Origin: Gemmatimonadales bacterium
GTDB taxonomy: Bacteria; Gemmatimonadota; Gemmatimonadetes; Gemmatimonadales; GWC2-71-9
DNA length: 33,069 nucleotides
Assembly (NCBI GenBank): GCA_025929805.1
Contig: JAICPP010000003.1
Coordinates: 1 to 33,069 of the forward strand
Direction of reading: 5' to 3'
This document shows, in pieces, positions 7,673-18,700 of this stretch. Within the stretch, counting starts at the first letter, position 1, and every line of letters starts with the position of its first letter. The position numbers were made by a program, and so were the translations under genes. The notes below the pieces were generated by a model. That model did no database searches. It worked only from the letters and a program-made list of their open reading frames with translations, and was not told the origin of the DNA.

Positions 7673-9070
7673 GTGGCCAATCAGTTTGATGTCATCATCG
7701 TAGGCGGGGGGCCAGCGGGCTATGTGTGTGCCATTCGCGCCGCACAGCTTGGACTCGCCACCGCCGTCGTCGAGCGAGACAAGCTCGGCGGTGTGTGCGT
7801 CAACATCGGCTGTATTCCAACCAAGGCTCTCCTCCACAGTGCATACATAGCAAACCTGGTGAGCCATGACGCCAAGGAGCTGGGCGTGGAGGTCGGGAGC
7901 GTGAAGACCGACTACGGTGTCGCCATGCGGCGCTCCCGAAAGGTCTCGGAGCAGAACTCCAAGGGCGTCGAATTCCTGATGAAGAAGCACAAGGTCACGG
8001 TTATCAAGGGAACCGGAGTCCTGGGGCGTAACCGGATGGTTCGGGTTGCCACGGATGAGTATCAGGCGCGGAAAGCCGTGATCATCGCGACCGGTTCGCG
8101 AGTAAAGGGAATACCCCAGATCGGGCTGGAGATCGATAAGAACGCCGTCATCAGCTCGGACGAGGCGCTGTTTCTCGAGAAGCCACCCGCGTCGCTGGCT
8201 ATCATCGGCGCTGGCGCTGTGGGGTGTGAATTCGCCGATATCTTCAACGCCTTTGGCAGCAAGGTAACGCTGATCGAGGTGCTGCCCAGGATACTGCCGA
8301 TCGAGGATGCCGAAGCTTCCGAGGCCTTGAGCAAGAGCTATAAGAAACGGGGCATTACAGTCCTGGCCGGTGTGAAAGTCAAACAGGCGAAAGTCGGCAA
8401 GGAAAAGGTCACCCTCACCATCGATAACAGCGGCAAGAACGAGACGATCGAAGCCGAAAAGGTTCTGATGGCAGCGGGGCGAGCGGTAAACACCGAGGAT
8501 CTGGGCCTAAAGGAAGCCGGTATCCAGCTCACCGACCGCGGCTTCATCAAGGTGAACCTCGACACTCTGGAAACCACGGCCTCGGGGATCTACGCCATTG
8601 GTGATGTCGCCGGTCCTCCGATGCTGGCCCACAAGGGGAGCCGTGAGGGAGTCGTGGTAGCCGAGCGAATCGCCGGCCATCGGCCCCAGCCCATCAAGTA
8701 TGACAACGTGCCGAGTGTCACGTACTGTCATCCCGAGGTCGCGAGTATCGGGGTCACCGAGGATCAGGCCAAGGAACGGAAGCTGGATTATCAAGTAGGA
8801 CGCTTCCCTTTCAGCGCCAATGGTCGGGCACGAACCGCCGGAGAGACGGAGGGATTCGTCAAGATCATTCGAGACAAGAAGTACGGCGAGATCCTGGGAG
8901 CGCACATCGTAGGGAGCCACGCCTCGGAGATCATTCACGAGTTGGCGGTTGCTCGGCAGAACGAGTACACGGTGGAGGAGGTTGACCTGGCTATTCACGC
9001 CCACCCCACGCTTTCTGAGGCGATTGCCGAGGCCGCTTTGGACTCAATGGGACAGGTGATTCATATCTAG
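7673..9070 (+). CDS. lpdA: Dihydrolipoyl dehydrogenase (E3)
   Basis: GGGPAG FAD motif, GGVCVNIGCIP redox disulfide, GAGAVG NAD motif and HAHPTLSE. GTG start at 7673 after GAGGA SD. Confidence 0.96.
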   Translation: MANQFDVIIVGGGPAGYVCAIRAAQLGLATAVVERDKLGGVCVNIGCIPTKALLHSAYIANLVSHDAKELGVEVGSVKTDYGVAMRRSRKVSEQNSKGVEFLMKKHKVTVIKGTGVLGRNRMVRVATDEYQARKAVIIATGSRVKGIPQIGLEIDKNAVISSDEALFLEKPPASLAIIGAGAVGCEFADIFNAFGSKVTLIEVLPRILPIEDAEASEALSKSYKKRGITVLAGVKVKQAKVGKEKVTLTIDNSGKNETIEAEKVLMAAGRAVNTEDLGLKEAGIQLTDRGFIKVNLDTLETTASGIYAIGDVAGPPMLAHKGSREGVVVAERIAGHRPQPIKYDNVPSVTYCHPEVASIGVTEDQAKERKLDYQVGRFPFSANGRARTAGETEGFVKIIRDKKYGEILGAHIVGSHASEIIHELAVARQNEYTVEEVDLAIHAHPTLSEAIAEAALDSMGQVIHI

Positions 9071-9130
9071 GGACCGGGACCAGGGGCCGGCGACCAGGGT
9101 AGAGGTGAGATGTAGAGGGGAGATCGGTGA
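9070..9130. repeat. Short-period tandem repeats after lpdA (GGACCRG units, then AGAGGTG/AGATG-like units) with no mirrored arm
   Basis: GGACCG GGACCAG GGGCCGG CGACCAG followed by GTAGAG GTGAGAT GTAGAG GGGAGAT. Confidence 0.55.
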
Positions 9131-9547
9131 ATGATTGCGAGTGGCCAAATCAGGAGTCCCATAGAGTTTGTGGCAGTGGTGGTTTCCTGCGCGACATCCG
9201 CGGGACTGCTGGTGATCACCGCCACAGTCGTGGGCGTCGACGCGCTGCGCACCGACAGCGGCCCTGCCGATCTCAACCTCTCATTTTACCTCCTGGTGGG
9301 AGGAACCCTCTTCGGCATCCTCCTGGCGGCCTATGCGGCCTGGCACCTGCTCGCGCCGGTGGACTCGACGTATCGGCGCGGCGGGCTCGCCATCGTGAGC
9401 GCCTTCGCCACCACGGCAATCATGTTGATCTGCATTCCCATCCATCAGCTCCTCGGCCGGACCGGTCTTCTGGTCCTCCTCTGCCTTTCCGGGGTGACCA
9501 CCCTGGCCCTGGCCCGCCTTGCTCGCCGGCTGGGTGGGAGCCCATGA
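9131..9547 (+). CDS. Hypothetical integral membrane protein (about 4 TM helices)
   Basis: Four hydrophobic segments. The stop overlaps the lipB ATG (ATGA). Start uncertain. Confidence 0.7.
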   Translation: MIASGQIRSPIEFVAVVVSCATSAGLLVITATVVGVDALRTDSGPADLNLSFYLLVGGTLFGILLAAYAAWHLLAPVDSTYRRGGLAIVSAFATTAIMLICIPIHQLLGRTGLLVLLCLSGVTTLALARLARRLGGSP

Positions 9548-10239
9548 GCCACCTGCTGTCGGTGCGGGACCTGGGACGCCAGCCATATGGCCGGGTTCTC
9601 GAGCTGCAGCGCCGTCTGGCCCGCCTTCGGGCTGAAGGCGCCCTGACAGAGGATATCCTCCTCCTGGTCGAGCATGATCCGGTCGTGACCCTGGGACGAG
9701 GCGCGCGACCTCAGAGTCTGCCGATTCCGCCAGCAGAGCTCGAGCGACGGGGCGTGGAGGTATGCGAGGTTGAGCGGGGAGGAGACGTCACCTTCCATGG
9801 GCCCGGTCAGCTGGTTGGCTATCCGGTGTTGGACCTGAGAAAACATCGACAGGATCTGCACTGGTATCTGAGGGCACTCGAGGAGGCGCTCATTCAGGGG
9901 CTGAATGCCCTGGGACTGGGCGCAGGCAGGAATCCCGGACTCACTGGGGTATGGACCAGGGGACGCAAGATCGGGAGCATCGGGATTCACGTGAAGCAGT
10001 GGGTTACCTACCATGGGTTTGCGTTGAACGTGAATACCGACCTCTCCTATTTCGATCTGATTGTTCCCTGTGGTATCAAAGACGTTACCATGACCAGTGT
10101 GGCCCTCGAGCTCGGGCGCGTCGACGCCGCCTCGCTCTGGGCCGAGACCCGGGATGCGATTGTAGATGGAATGGGGGCAGCATTCGATCTGAGCCCTGCC
10201 CCGGTTGCCTTTGGGAGGCCAATCGGTTTTTCTCCCTAA
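9544..10239 (+). CDS. lipB: Octanoyltransferase LipB
   Basis: LLVEHDPVVTLG, ERGGDVTFHGPGQLVGYP, KIGSIGI, HGFALN and IVPCGI. ATG at 9544 after GGGAG. Confidence 0.95.
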   Translation: MSHLLSVRDLGRQPYGRVLELQRRLARLRAEGALTEDILLLVEHDPVVTLGRGARPQSLPIPPAELERRGVEVCEVERGGDVTFHGPGQLVGYPVLDLRKHRQDLHWYLRALEEALIQGLNALGLGAGRNPGLTGVWTRGRKIGSIGIHVKQWVTYHGFALNVNTDLSYFDLIVPCGIKDVTMTSVALELGRVDAASLWAETRDAIVDGMGAAFDLSPAPVAFGRPIGFSP

Positions 10240-10240
10240 C

Positions 10241-10792
10241 ATGGCTGACTCGACCCGCCGGCCCTCCCCGGAAACCCAGGCTGATCAGAGGATCAGGGAA
10301 ATACTCCGGGCGGCCGACAGTTGGTCCCGCGAAGCACCCCGTGCACTCATGCCCCCTATCCGCGCCGTCTGTATCCGGCTGGCCGAGATGGTCGCGGATC
10401 AGCGGCACTACCTGGCACCACTCCCGGAACCCCAGGAAACCGAACGACGCACCGTCTTGACTCTGGTCGCCGACCGGCTGCGGTCCAAACCGGTTATCGA
10501 GGGGGTGGAACAGCACCTGAAGGAATTGGAGGAGCTTGAGCTGCGCTCGACCGGCTCATGGGCAGTGGTCGCCTCGGCTCAGACCGAGTGGATCACCACT
10601 GCCATCAGGTATCTGGAAGGCTGTGCCGCCCGGCTTCCTGCCGGTGACCGCCCAGATCCCTATTGGGCCGATGACGTGGTCGCCGGGATTATTGCCTCGG
10701 TGCGGGCCCTCATCGGGGTGGACGAGTTGCACGCACGAACCGAGGCCCGCTATTCCGGTCCGGTAAAGCGAGCCTCACCCGAGGAAGAGTAA
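10241..10792 (+). CDS. Hypothetical alpha-helical protein
   Basis: ATG 1 nt after the lipB stop, with plausible globular composition. The 3' end overlaps the convergent peptidase by 43 nt. Confidence 0.6.
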   Translation: MADSTRRPSPETQADQRIREILRAADSWSREAPRALMPPIRAVCIRLAEMVADQRHYLAPLPEPQETERRTVLTLVADRLRSKPVIEGVEQHLKELEELELRSTGSWAVVASAQTEWITTAIRYLEGCAARLPAGDRPDPYWADDVVAGIIASVRALIGVDELHARTEARYSGPVKRASPEEE

Positions 10793-12168
10793 GCGCGCGC
10801 CGAACCGCCTTTCTCCGCAAACAACCGGAAGAATCGGCTGAAGATCTCGACTCCACTCCAGAGCTGAGCCAGATCCAGCTTTTCGTTGGGGGAGTGGAGA
10901 CCGTCATCCGGCAGTCCGATCCCGGTAAGAATGACCGGCGCTCCTGCCAGACCCAGCTCCGGCACGATCGGAATCGACCCGCCCGCCCGCACCTGAACAG
11001 CTTTGCGCCCAGTCACCGACTCGAACGCCTCATCCAACACCTCGAATGCCGGCGTGCTGACGTCAACTTGGACCGGATCGCCGCCATGCAACAGGTTTAC
11101 CTCTACGTCCGCCCACTTGGGCGCAGCCTGAGCCACCGCCCGTTTGAGCGCCCTTCCCACTTCCTGAACCTGGTTGCCGGGCACCAATCGCAAGCTCACT
11201 TTGGCGGTGGCCTGAGCGGGAATGACCGTCTTGGCTCCCTCGCCCACAAACCCACCCCTGATCCCATGAATCTCGAAGGTGGGCAACGCCCAGACTCGCT
11301 CGAAGACAGTCCGGTCCTGGAGCCCGGTGAGCACCTTCCCTGTCACCTCGCTTCGGATGAACCCCTCGCGGTCGAATGGCAGCCGCTTCCACGTATCCAA
11401 CTCGGCTTGGGTAGGTGGCTCGACTGCCTCGTAGAGCCCGGGAATCCGGATCTCACCCGTCTCCGATTTCAGGGCACAGAGTATCCGAGCCAGGGTCTCG
11501 ATGGCGTTGGGAGCCACTCCGCCGTAGGTCCCGGAGTGCAGATCCCGCTGGAGGGTACGCACCGAAATCTCGGCATAGCACAGTCCCCGTAGCGCGGTAT
11601 AGACGGCCGGCACCCCCGGCGCGTAGTACGACATGTCACAGACCAGGGCCGCGTCGGCCCGGGTACGTTCAGGCTCTCGCTTGAGCAGCTCGTAGATCAC
11701 CGTGCCGCCACACTCTTCCTCGCCCTCGAAGATGAAATGCACGTTCAGCGGCGGCCGTCCCCCACGATCGAGCACGGCCTGGTAGGCCTTGAGCAGGCAG
11801 AAGACCTGACCTTTGTCGTCCGACGCGCCGCGGGCGTAGAGCTTGCCGTCTCGGACAGTCGGACTGAAGGGAGGCGAGATCCATTCATCCAGCGGATCAG
11901 GCGGCTGGACGTCATAGTGGCCGTAAATCAGAAGAGTGGGTTTTCCAGGAACCTGCGGCCCTTCGCCCCAGACCACCGGATGGCCAGGCCCTTCGAGCAT
12001 ATCTACCGTGGGACACCCCAGCTGATGCAGATGATCCCTGAGCCACTCCGCCGCCCGCCGGCAATCGGCAGCATGGGCGGGCAATGCGCTCACACTGGGA
12101 ATTGCCAGGAACTCGGACAGCTCCCGGATCTGGCGGTCCTGCCCCGATTCTCTCAACGTCGAGTTCAT
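10750..12168 (-). CDS. M20 family dipeptidase
   Basis: YGHYDVQP, ARGASDDKGQ, EGEEE, DLHSG and HSPNEK motifs. Confidence 0.93.
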   Translation of the reverse strand: MNSTLRESGQDRQIRELSEFLAIPSVSALPAHAADCRRAAEWLRDHLHQLGCPTVDMLEGPGHPVVWGEGPQVPGKPTLLIYGHYDVQPPDPLDEWISPPFSPTVRDGKLYARGASDDKGQVFCLLKAYQAVLDRGGRPPLNVHFIFEGEEECGGTVIYELLKREPERTRADAALVCDMSYYAPGVPAVYTALRGLCYAEISVRTLQRDLHSGTYGGVAPNAIETLARILCALKSETGEIRIPGLYEAVEPPTQAELDTWKRLPFDREGFIRSEVTGKVLTGLQDRTVFERVWALPTFEIHGIRGGFVGEGAKTVIPAQATAKVSLRLVPGNQVQEVGRALKRAVAQAAPKWADVEVNLLHGGDPVQVDVSTPAFEVLDEAFESVTGRKAVQVRAGGSIPIVPELGLAGAPVILTGIGLPDDGLHSPNEKLDLAQLWSGVEIFSRFFRLFAEKGGSARAYSSSGEARFTGPE

Positions 12169-12184
12169 ACCTGAGCCTCACAAG

Positions 12185-13258
12185 TCATTCCGAGCGCTCG
12201 TTCACTGCCCGCTCGAGCCGAACGAACGCGCTGTCTCCCTGCGCTCCCGCCATGAGTGTCTCGAGCGCGCTCACGCTTTGCCGGATGTCCCCCCCGTGCT
12301 GCTGGTGCCAGCGTTCGAACAGGTCGAGCCGAGTCCGGTATATTCTGGCCCCGATCAGCTGCGCGTTGTTTATGGGCCGCTCGGTAAGCCGGCTGACGCG
12401 GTAAGTTCGGAGCCACCGGCCGACCGGTCCTTCCAGCTGGCTTCGGGCCCAGGCCGCTGCCTGCCGGCGGCCCTCCTCCAGAGCGGCAGAGTCGGGCTTT
12501 GTGACGTAGAGCGTCTCCAGTCGGGCAACCAGCGCGGCATAGTAGTCCGCCAACACCGTTTCGTCGTGCCACCGGTCGGCAGCCTGCCGGGCCCGCACGG
12601 TATCACCTCGAGCTCGGAAGAACGCCTCGGCTGAGCGGTACCCCACCAGCTGCGCGAAGCTCTCATTGAATGGAGTCGCGCTTTTCACATACAAAGTGTT
12701 GTGCGCGATCTCGTGGAACACGGTCGCTGCGAGCTCCACCGAATCCCGGGTGAGCGCCGTGGAGAGCAATGGGTCGTTGAACCAACCCAGAGTGGAGAAG
12801 GCCCCCGAGGGACGCAGATAGGTGTCATACCCGCGGGCGGCAAACCGGGCAGCTTCCCGTCGTGCGGCCTCGAGGTCAAAAAATCCCTTGTAAGGAATTT
12901 TTCCTACTATCGGATACTTCCAGGTGTGGGGACAGATGCAATCTTTCGGCGCGGCCTGAAGCACCAGCAGCAGGGTATCCCGGCCGACATCGGCGTAAGC
13001 CGTATACGTCTCTTTTGCTTCGAGCCCCAGCTGGGCCGCAAAGTCCCGGGCTGCCAGCACCAGCTCCAGGGAGCGTCGGACGTTTGGTTTGACCGAGCTG
13101 TCTCGAACCAATCGAGAGATCGGTTGGCGTGACTTGAGAATGCGGGTTTCTTCAAACCCCGCGCGCGTGATGTAGCGGACATCATCGCTGGCCAGGTAGG
13201 CAGTGCCGTATCCGGCAAAGATCGCAGCCACGAGGGCGAGGAAAATCATGCGCTTCAA
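12185..13258 (-). CDS. Putative exported zinc aminopeptidase (Aminopep-type)
   Basis: N-terminal anchor, W.YPIVG.IPYKGFF, AFSTLGWFNDPLLS, and HEIAH...FNESFA zinc motif. Confidence 0.88.
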   Translation of the reverse strand: MKRMIFLALVAAIFAGYGTAYLASDDVRYITRAGFEETRILKSRQPISRLVRDSSVKPNVRRSLELVLAARDFAAQLGLEAKETYTAYADVGRDTLLLVLQAAPKDCICPHTWKYPIVGKIPYKGFFDLEAARREAARFAARGYDTYLRPSGAFSTLGWFNDPLLSTALTRDSVELAATVFHEIAHNTLYVKSATPFNESFAQLVGYRSAEAFFRARGDTVRARQAADRWHDETVLADYYAALVARLETLYVTKPDSAALEEGRRQAAAWARSQLEGPVGRWLRTYRVSRLTERPINNAQLIGARIYRTRLDLFERWHQQHGGDIRQSVSALETLMAGAQGDSAFVRLERAVNERSE

Positions 13259-14919
13259 CGAATCCGAACGAGGGCAATCCGCGGCACGATGGACCTGGGC
13301 AGCTGCCCACCGCTGGCATTGGTCAGCCTGAGATCTACCGCTGCCGCGCCCGGGGCTTGCACCACTCGCACGTGCCGGCCGGATCCCGCTCGCAGGGTTC
13401 CGTTGTGACCGTAGTTAGTCCCGTCGGTGCTGTCCGGAGCCAAGGGGAATGCCATCCCGTTCGCTTCAGCGGCGAGTCGAAAGTTCCAGCTCTTGTATCT
13501 GAGGCGGCTACCCGGAGCGGAGAACCCCGGGAGATCATCGAGATAGTTCGCCAGCTGCCATTCGCCTACCAAAATAGAAAAGTCTACACCAGTCCGAGCG
13601 GTCACATTGACACTGCCGAGCTGACTGGTAGCCACCAGGGCGCGGGTCAGGTCGGTCCCCATGATCGTGTCGGTGGCAAAGTGGTCCGCCAGCCAGCGCA
13701 CGAAGAGCCAGTTCGCGCCTCGCTCCTCCAGCTTTCCAGTGGAATTTCCCGGCTCGATCAGGAAGAAATCTTCCGGGGATGCCAGATACTCAAACGCGTT
13801 CAACAGGTCGCCCTGTCCCAGAAATTCTGCCGCACAGGACGGCGAGCTGGGACATTCCGAATCCGGAATCTGGCGGCCGCCCAGCTCCTCAGCGAAGTGA
13901 GAGAGTCCTTCGTTCAACCAGGTATCCTCCGCGGGACTATTCCGGATCAGGACGTGCTGGTTGAAACTGATCATGTGCTGCAGCTCATGAATGAAGGTCG
14001 CGGGTAGCCGGCTGTTCGCCTCGTCCTTGGAGATGGTGCACGCCGAGTTGTTGGGGTCGGGAACCAGACCGTAGAAGACCTCGGCTTCATTGGATCCGGG
14101 GTTCTCGCTCGATCGCGGGAGCAGATCCGCGCCGAAGAAATACCCCAGGATTACCCGTCCGGTGCTGTTGCAGTCGGGACTGAGCGCGTTGACCAGTTGA
14201 GTCAGGAGGACAATGATCACCCCATTCGCGTCGACATCGGACTCCTCACCAAAGGCCGCTGCATCGATCGGATAGAGATACTGATCGAAGAGCACTCGTA
14301 CCCGGTCCAGATCGGTGTCGGTGTAACCGCCGACCGGCGCAGCATTGTCCACGAAGATCGCGACCCGTTGTCCAACCGATCGGGCGGTCGCCGTACTCTG
14401 CACAAACTCGGTGCACTCCGAGGACGAGCACACGTCGAACGACCGCTGCTCCCCCACGACCGGCGGGGGAGCGCCGGCTACTTCGATCCGCCCGCGGCTG
14501 AACAGGGCATGAGAGACCTCGCCGGCCAGGGCTCGCTCGCGCGCCCGGAGCAGACTATGGAACCGCTGGGGAGGTAGCGGCTTCCGAAAGGCCGACAGGA
14601 TGGGCGAGGGCAAGGGGGATGCCGCGGCCAGGGGGGCCGACACGCCACTCAAGAGGTAGGGTGAGGACACCCCGGCGGGAGTCTCCTGACCGGCGGTAGC
14701 CAGCGGAACGTAGAGATGCTCCGCACCGGCTGATCCTGCTGCGGGCAGCCGAACACAGGCCCCCGCAAAAGGGTCCAGAATCTGATGCTGGCCCACCGCG
14801 AGCGCCCGGGTGCTCGCCTCTGAGCACTCCAGCGACCCCGTACCGGGACCGGTGCTGTCACTGCAGCCAGCCAGGGTGAGACCCGCCAGAGTGGTAATGA
14901 AGGCGCGCTTGCGTCGCAC
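13255..14919 (-). CDS. Lipoprotein zinc metallopeptidase (M30-like)
   Basis: GTG start at 14919 after GGAG, lipobox LAGC, SDVDANG..GYF...SNEAE, HELQH zinc motif and WLNEGLSH. Confidence 0.82.
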   Translation of the reverse strand: MRRKRAFITTLAGLTLAGCSDSTGPGTGSLECSEASTRALAVGQHQILDPFAGACVRLPAAGSAGAEHLYVPLATAGQETPAGVSSPYLLSGVSAPLAAASPLPSPILSAFRKPLPPQRFHSLLRARERALAGEVSHALFSRGRIEVAGAPPPVVGEQRSFDVCSSSECTEFVQSTATARSVGQRVAIFVDNAAPVGGYTDTDLDRVRVLFDQYLYPIDAAAFGEESDVDANGVIIVLLTQLVNALSPDCNSTGRVILGYFFGADLLPRSSENPGSNEAEVFYGLVPDPNNSACTISKDEANSRLPATFIHELQHMISFNQHVLIRNSPAEDTWLNEGLSHFAEELGGRQIPDSECPSSPSCAAEFLGQGDLLNAFEYLASPEDFFLIEPGNSTGKLEERGANWLFVRWLADHFATDTIMGTDLTRALVATSQLGSVNVTARTGVDFSILVGEWQLANYLDDLPGFSAPGSRLRYKSWNFRLAAEANGMAFPLAPDSTDGTNYGHNGTLRAGSGRHVRVVQAPGAAAVDLRLTNASGGQLPRSIVPRIALVRIR

Positions 14920-15006
14920 TTGCTGAACTCCACCGTTGCGGAAGCAGGGAAAACGAACACGGAAGAACCGCGTGGTAGACAGCAAAATAAGGTGCCGCAA
15001 CAGCTT

Positions 15007-15035
15007 TTGACAATCTTCCGGCCTGCCGGTACTTT
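15007..15035 (+). promoter_or_regulatory. Sigma70-type promoter for hisIE(-dnaE...) operon
   Basis: TTGACA (15007-15012), 17-nt spacer, TACTTT (15030-15035). Confidence 0.7.
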
Positions 15036-15042
15036 CTCATCC

Positions 15043-15708
15043 GTGTCCGAGAACAATCGGCTGTCGGCGGTCAAGTTCGGTGCTGACGGACTGGTGCCGG
15101 TCGTGACCCAGGAGAGCCGTTCCGGCGACATTCTGATGCTCGCCTACGCCAATCGAGACGCGCTCGACCGCACGCTCTCCACCGGTTTTGCTCACTACTA
15201 CAGCAGATCCCGCGGCACCTTGTGGCAGAAAGGGGAGACGTCGGGGCAGACTCAGCGGGTGACCGAGATCCGACTGGACTGCGACGGCGACGCCGTTCTC
15301 TATCGGGTGGAGCAGGAGGGGCCTGCCTGCCATACCGGCACGAGGACTTGCTTCTCGACCGTAATCGAGCGGACCGGCGGTCTGGCGGACGGCCGGTCGA
15401 TGGAAGAGGATCCGGGCGGCCATCTGCTCAGCCGCCTGGCGCGTACGATTGCGGCACGGGCCCAAGAACGACCGGAAGGATCGTACACGGCGAAGCTGCT
15501 GGCCAGCGGGGTGCCCCGGATCTCGCAAAAAGTTGGCGAAGAGGCGGTCGAGACCGTCGTGGCGGCAAATACGCAGAGTGACGAGCGTCTCGCCTGCGAA
15601 TCAGCCGACCTCATCTATCACTGGTTGGTGCTCCTGCATGCACGTCGCGTCTCACTGGATGCAGTGTGGGAGGAGCTTGAAAAGCGGGGAGAAAAGCGTG
15701 AGCGGTGA
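15043..15708 (+). CDS. hisIE: Bifunctional phosphoribosyl-AMP cyclohydrolase / phosphoribosyl-ATP pyrophosphatase
   Basis: [45 protein letters not shown] and [11 protein letters not shown] start at 15043 is inferred. Confidence 0.95.
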   Translation: MSENNRLSAVKFGADGLVPVVTQESRSGDILMLAYANRDALDRTLSTGFAHYYSRSRGTLWQKGETSGQTQRVTEIRLDCDGDAVLYRVEQEGPACHTGTRTCFSTVIERTGGLADGRSMEEDPGGHLLSRLARTIAARAQERPEGSYTAKLLASGVPRISQKVGEEAVETVVAANTQSDERLACESADLIYHWLVLLHARRVSLDAVWEELEKRGEKRER

Positions 15709-15783
15709 ACGTGAACGGTAAACGGGATCTTGCACCGAGGTCGATCTCTCCTCCCGTTCACCGCCAACCCTCACCGTTTACGC
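15696..15783. repeat. Heptamer periodic inverted repeat (GTRAACR family) at hisIE/dnaE junction
   Basis: Left arm GTGAGCG GTGAAC GTGAACG GTAAACG; right arm CGTTCAC CGCCAAC CCTCAC CGTTTAC. Confidence 0.8.
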
Positions 15784-15799
15784 ATTGATATAAAGGGAT

Positions 15800-18700
15800 A
15801 TGTCCTTCGTCCACCTCCATACCCATAGCGAATACTCCCTGCTCGACGGGGCCAATCGAATACCCGAGCTCGTAGCCCATGTCAAAAAGCTCGGCATGGA
15901 TGGTCTCGCTGTTACCGATCACGGAAACATGCACGCCGCCTGGGACTTCTACGAAGAAGCCAGGCGGCAGCAGATCCGCCCGATCCTGGGCTTCGAAGCT
16001 TATCTGGCGTTTGGCTCACGCAGTCTTCGGGAAAAGCCGCAATGGGCGCCGGCACCCTACAGCCACCTGGTCCTGCTGGCTCGCAATCAGGAAGGATACA
16101 AGAACCTGGTCCGTCTTACCTCGATCGGGTTCATCGAGGGATTTTACCGGCGCCCCAGGATCGACAAGGACGTGCTGGCGGAGCACTCCGGCGGCCTGAT
16201 CTGTCTCGCCGCCTGCCTGTCCGGCGAGGTGGCGCTCTACCTGCGTCTAGGAAAGTTCGAGGAGGCGCGCAAGAGCGCTGAGTGGTTCAGCCGAACGTTC
16301 GGCAGCGACGGCTTCTGGCTGGAGATCCAGCAGCACGGCATTGCAGAAGAGCGGCAGGTCACCGAAGGCATGCTGCGCCTGGGCCACGAGCTTGGCATCG
16401 GAGTAGTCGCCACCAACGATGCCCACTACCTGCGGCGGGAGGATGCCGAAGCGCACGACGTGTTGTTGGCCATCGGCACTGCCAGTGATCTGGATGACCC
16501 CAAGCGGTTCCGCTTCCTGGGGCAGGAGTCCTACGTAAAATCCGAAGCGGAGATGCGGGCACTCTTCCCCGCAAATCCCGAGACTCTGAGCAACACCGTC
16601 AGGGTTGCCGACCTGTGCGAGTTCGATTTCGAGAAACGGTACTTCCTTCCGGTATTTCCTCGCCCGGAGTCGTTCGCGAGCGACGAGGAGCTGCTCTCGC
16701 ATCTCGCCACCAGTGGGGCGGAGCAACGCTATGGTTCGCCTCTTCCCGCCGCCGTGCGGGAACGCCTCATGTACGAGCTCGAGGTGATCGAACGGGCAGG
16801 GTACGCCGGCTACTTCCTCATCGTCCAGGATTTCATCGCGGCCGCGCGGGAGCGCGGCATACCGGTGGGCCCCGGCCGCGGCTCGGTCGCGGGCTCGCTG
16901 GTGGCGTACGCGTTGGGGATCACCAATGTATGCCCCTTGAAGTTCGACCTGCTGTTCGAGCGGTTTCTGAATCCAGAGCGGGTCTCCATGCCCGACATCG
17001 ACGTGGATTTCTGTTTCGAACGGCGAGGCGAGGTCATCGACTACGTCCGGGAACGTTATGGCCGCGAGAGCGTGGGCCAGATCGTCACCTTCGGCACGAT
17101 GAAGGCGCGCGCCGCGGTGAAGGACGTCGCCCGGGTTCTCCGGATCCCTCCCGGAGAGGCAGACAGAATCACCAAGCTCATCCCATCCGGACCGGCATAC
17201 AGCCTCACCATCAGGGACGCCGAGAAGAAGATCGACGAGCTGCGTGATCTGGTAAAGGCGAATCCGGTGTATGGACGCCTGGTCGACCTGAGCTCGCGCA
17301 TCGAGGGAATCTCCCGGCACATGTCGGTGCACGCGGCTGGAGTCGTCATCGCGCCAGGACCGTTGTGGGAGTACGTGCCGGTATGCACCGCGCCCACCAA
17401 AGGCGCGGGAGCCCCCACCGAGGGAGAAGAGTCCATCATCACCCAGTACGAGATGGGTGCCCTGGAAAAAGTCGGCATGCTCAAGATGGACATGCTCGGG
17501 CTCAAGACGCTTACGGTCATCCATGACGCCGTGAATATGATTGCCGTCCGGCATGGATCTGCGCCCTCCATGGATGACATCGCGTTGGACGATCCCGCGG
17601 TGTACGAGCTGTTGCGGCAAGGAAGAACCGCCGGGGTATTCCAGTTCGAATCCCCTCTCGCCACCGACACGCTGCGGGCTATGAAGTGCGACCGGTTCGA
17701 CGACCTGGTGGCCAGTAACGCACTCTTGCGTCCGGGACCGCTCGACGCAGGCATGCACACCGTCTTCATCCGCAGAAAGCTGGGGCAGGAGAAGGTCACC
17801 TATCCCCATCCATCGCTCAGGGATATCCTGGAGCCCACCTACGGCGTCATCACCTATCAGGAACAGGTGATGCGCATCGCTAACGTGCTCGCGGGATTCA
17901 GCCTGGCAGAAGCGGATGTTCTGCGGAAAGCGGTAGGCAAGAAGGACGCGGAGCTGATTCGAAAGGAGCTGGGGAAGTTCTGCGAGCGGGCCCGGGCACT
18001 GGGCCATCCGGGAAAGCTGGTGGACGATCTCGCCGCCCAGATCGAGACCTTTGGTCGCTACGGTTTCAACAAGTCCCACTCGGTTGCCTACTCGATCCTG
18101 TCCTATCAGACCGCTTGGCTCAAGGCGCACCGTCCTGCCGAGTTCATGGCGGCGCTCCTCTCCTCGGAGATCGGTAATACCGATAAGGTCGTACAATACA
18201 TCAATGAAGCCCGCGAGCTGGGCCTCGAGATCCTGCCGCCCGACGTGAACGAGTCCGGATTCAAGTTCACGGTGATCGGGGAGCACAGGATCCGGTTCGG
18301 GCTGGGCGCCATCCGCAATGTGGGTGAGGGAGCCATTGCTTCGATCATCGCCGGCCGGGAAACGGCGCCCTACCGTACCATTGCACAGCTGGTGGAGCAG
18401 ATCGATCTCCGGCTCTGCAACAAGCGGGTGCTTGAATCTCTGGTGGCGGCAGGCGCCTGCGATTCTCTCGGCGGCCATCGCAAGCAGCTGATCGAAGCGC
18501 TGGAACCGGCCTTGGCCGAAGCACAGCTCATCCAGGCGGAACGCGAAGCGGGACAGGGATCGCTGTTCGGAGACGGCGGGACGAGCGGAAGCGGCGGACA
18601 AAGCGGAACGGTTCCGGCCGCTCATTCCGCTCCCTCCGCTTCTTCCGCCTTGCCCGACATTCCAGCATGGACCGAGGCCGAGCGGCTGGCCAAAGAGAAG

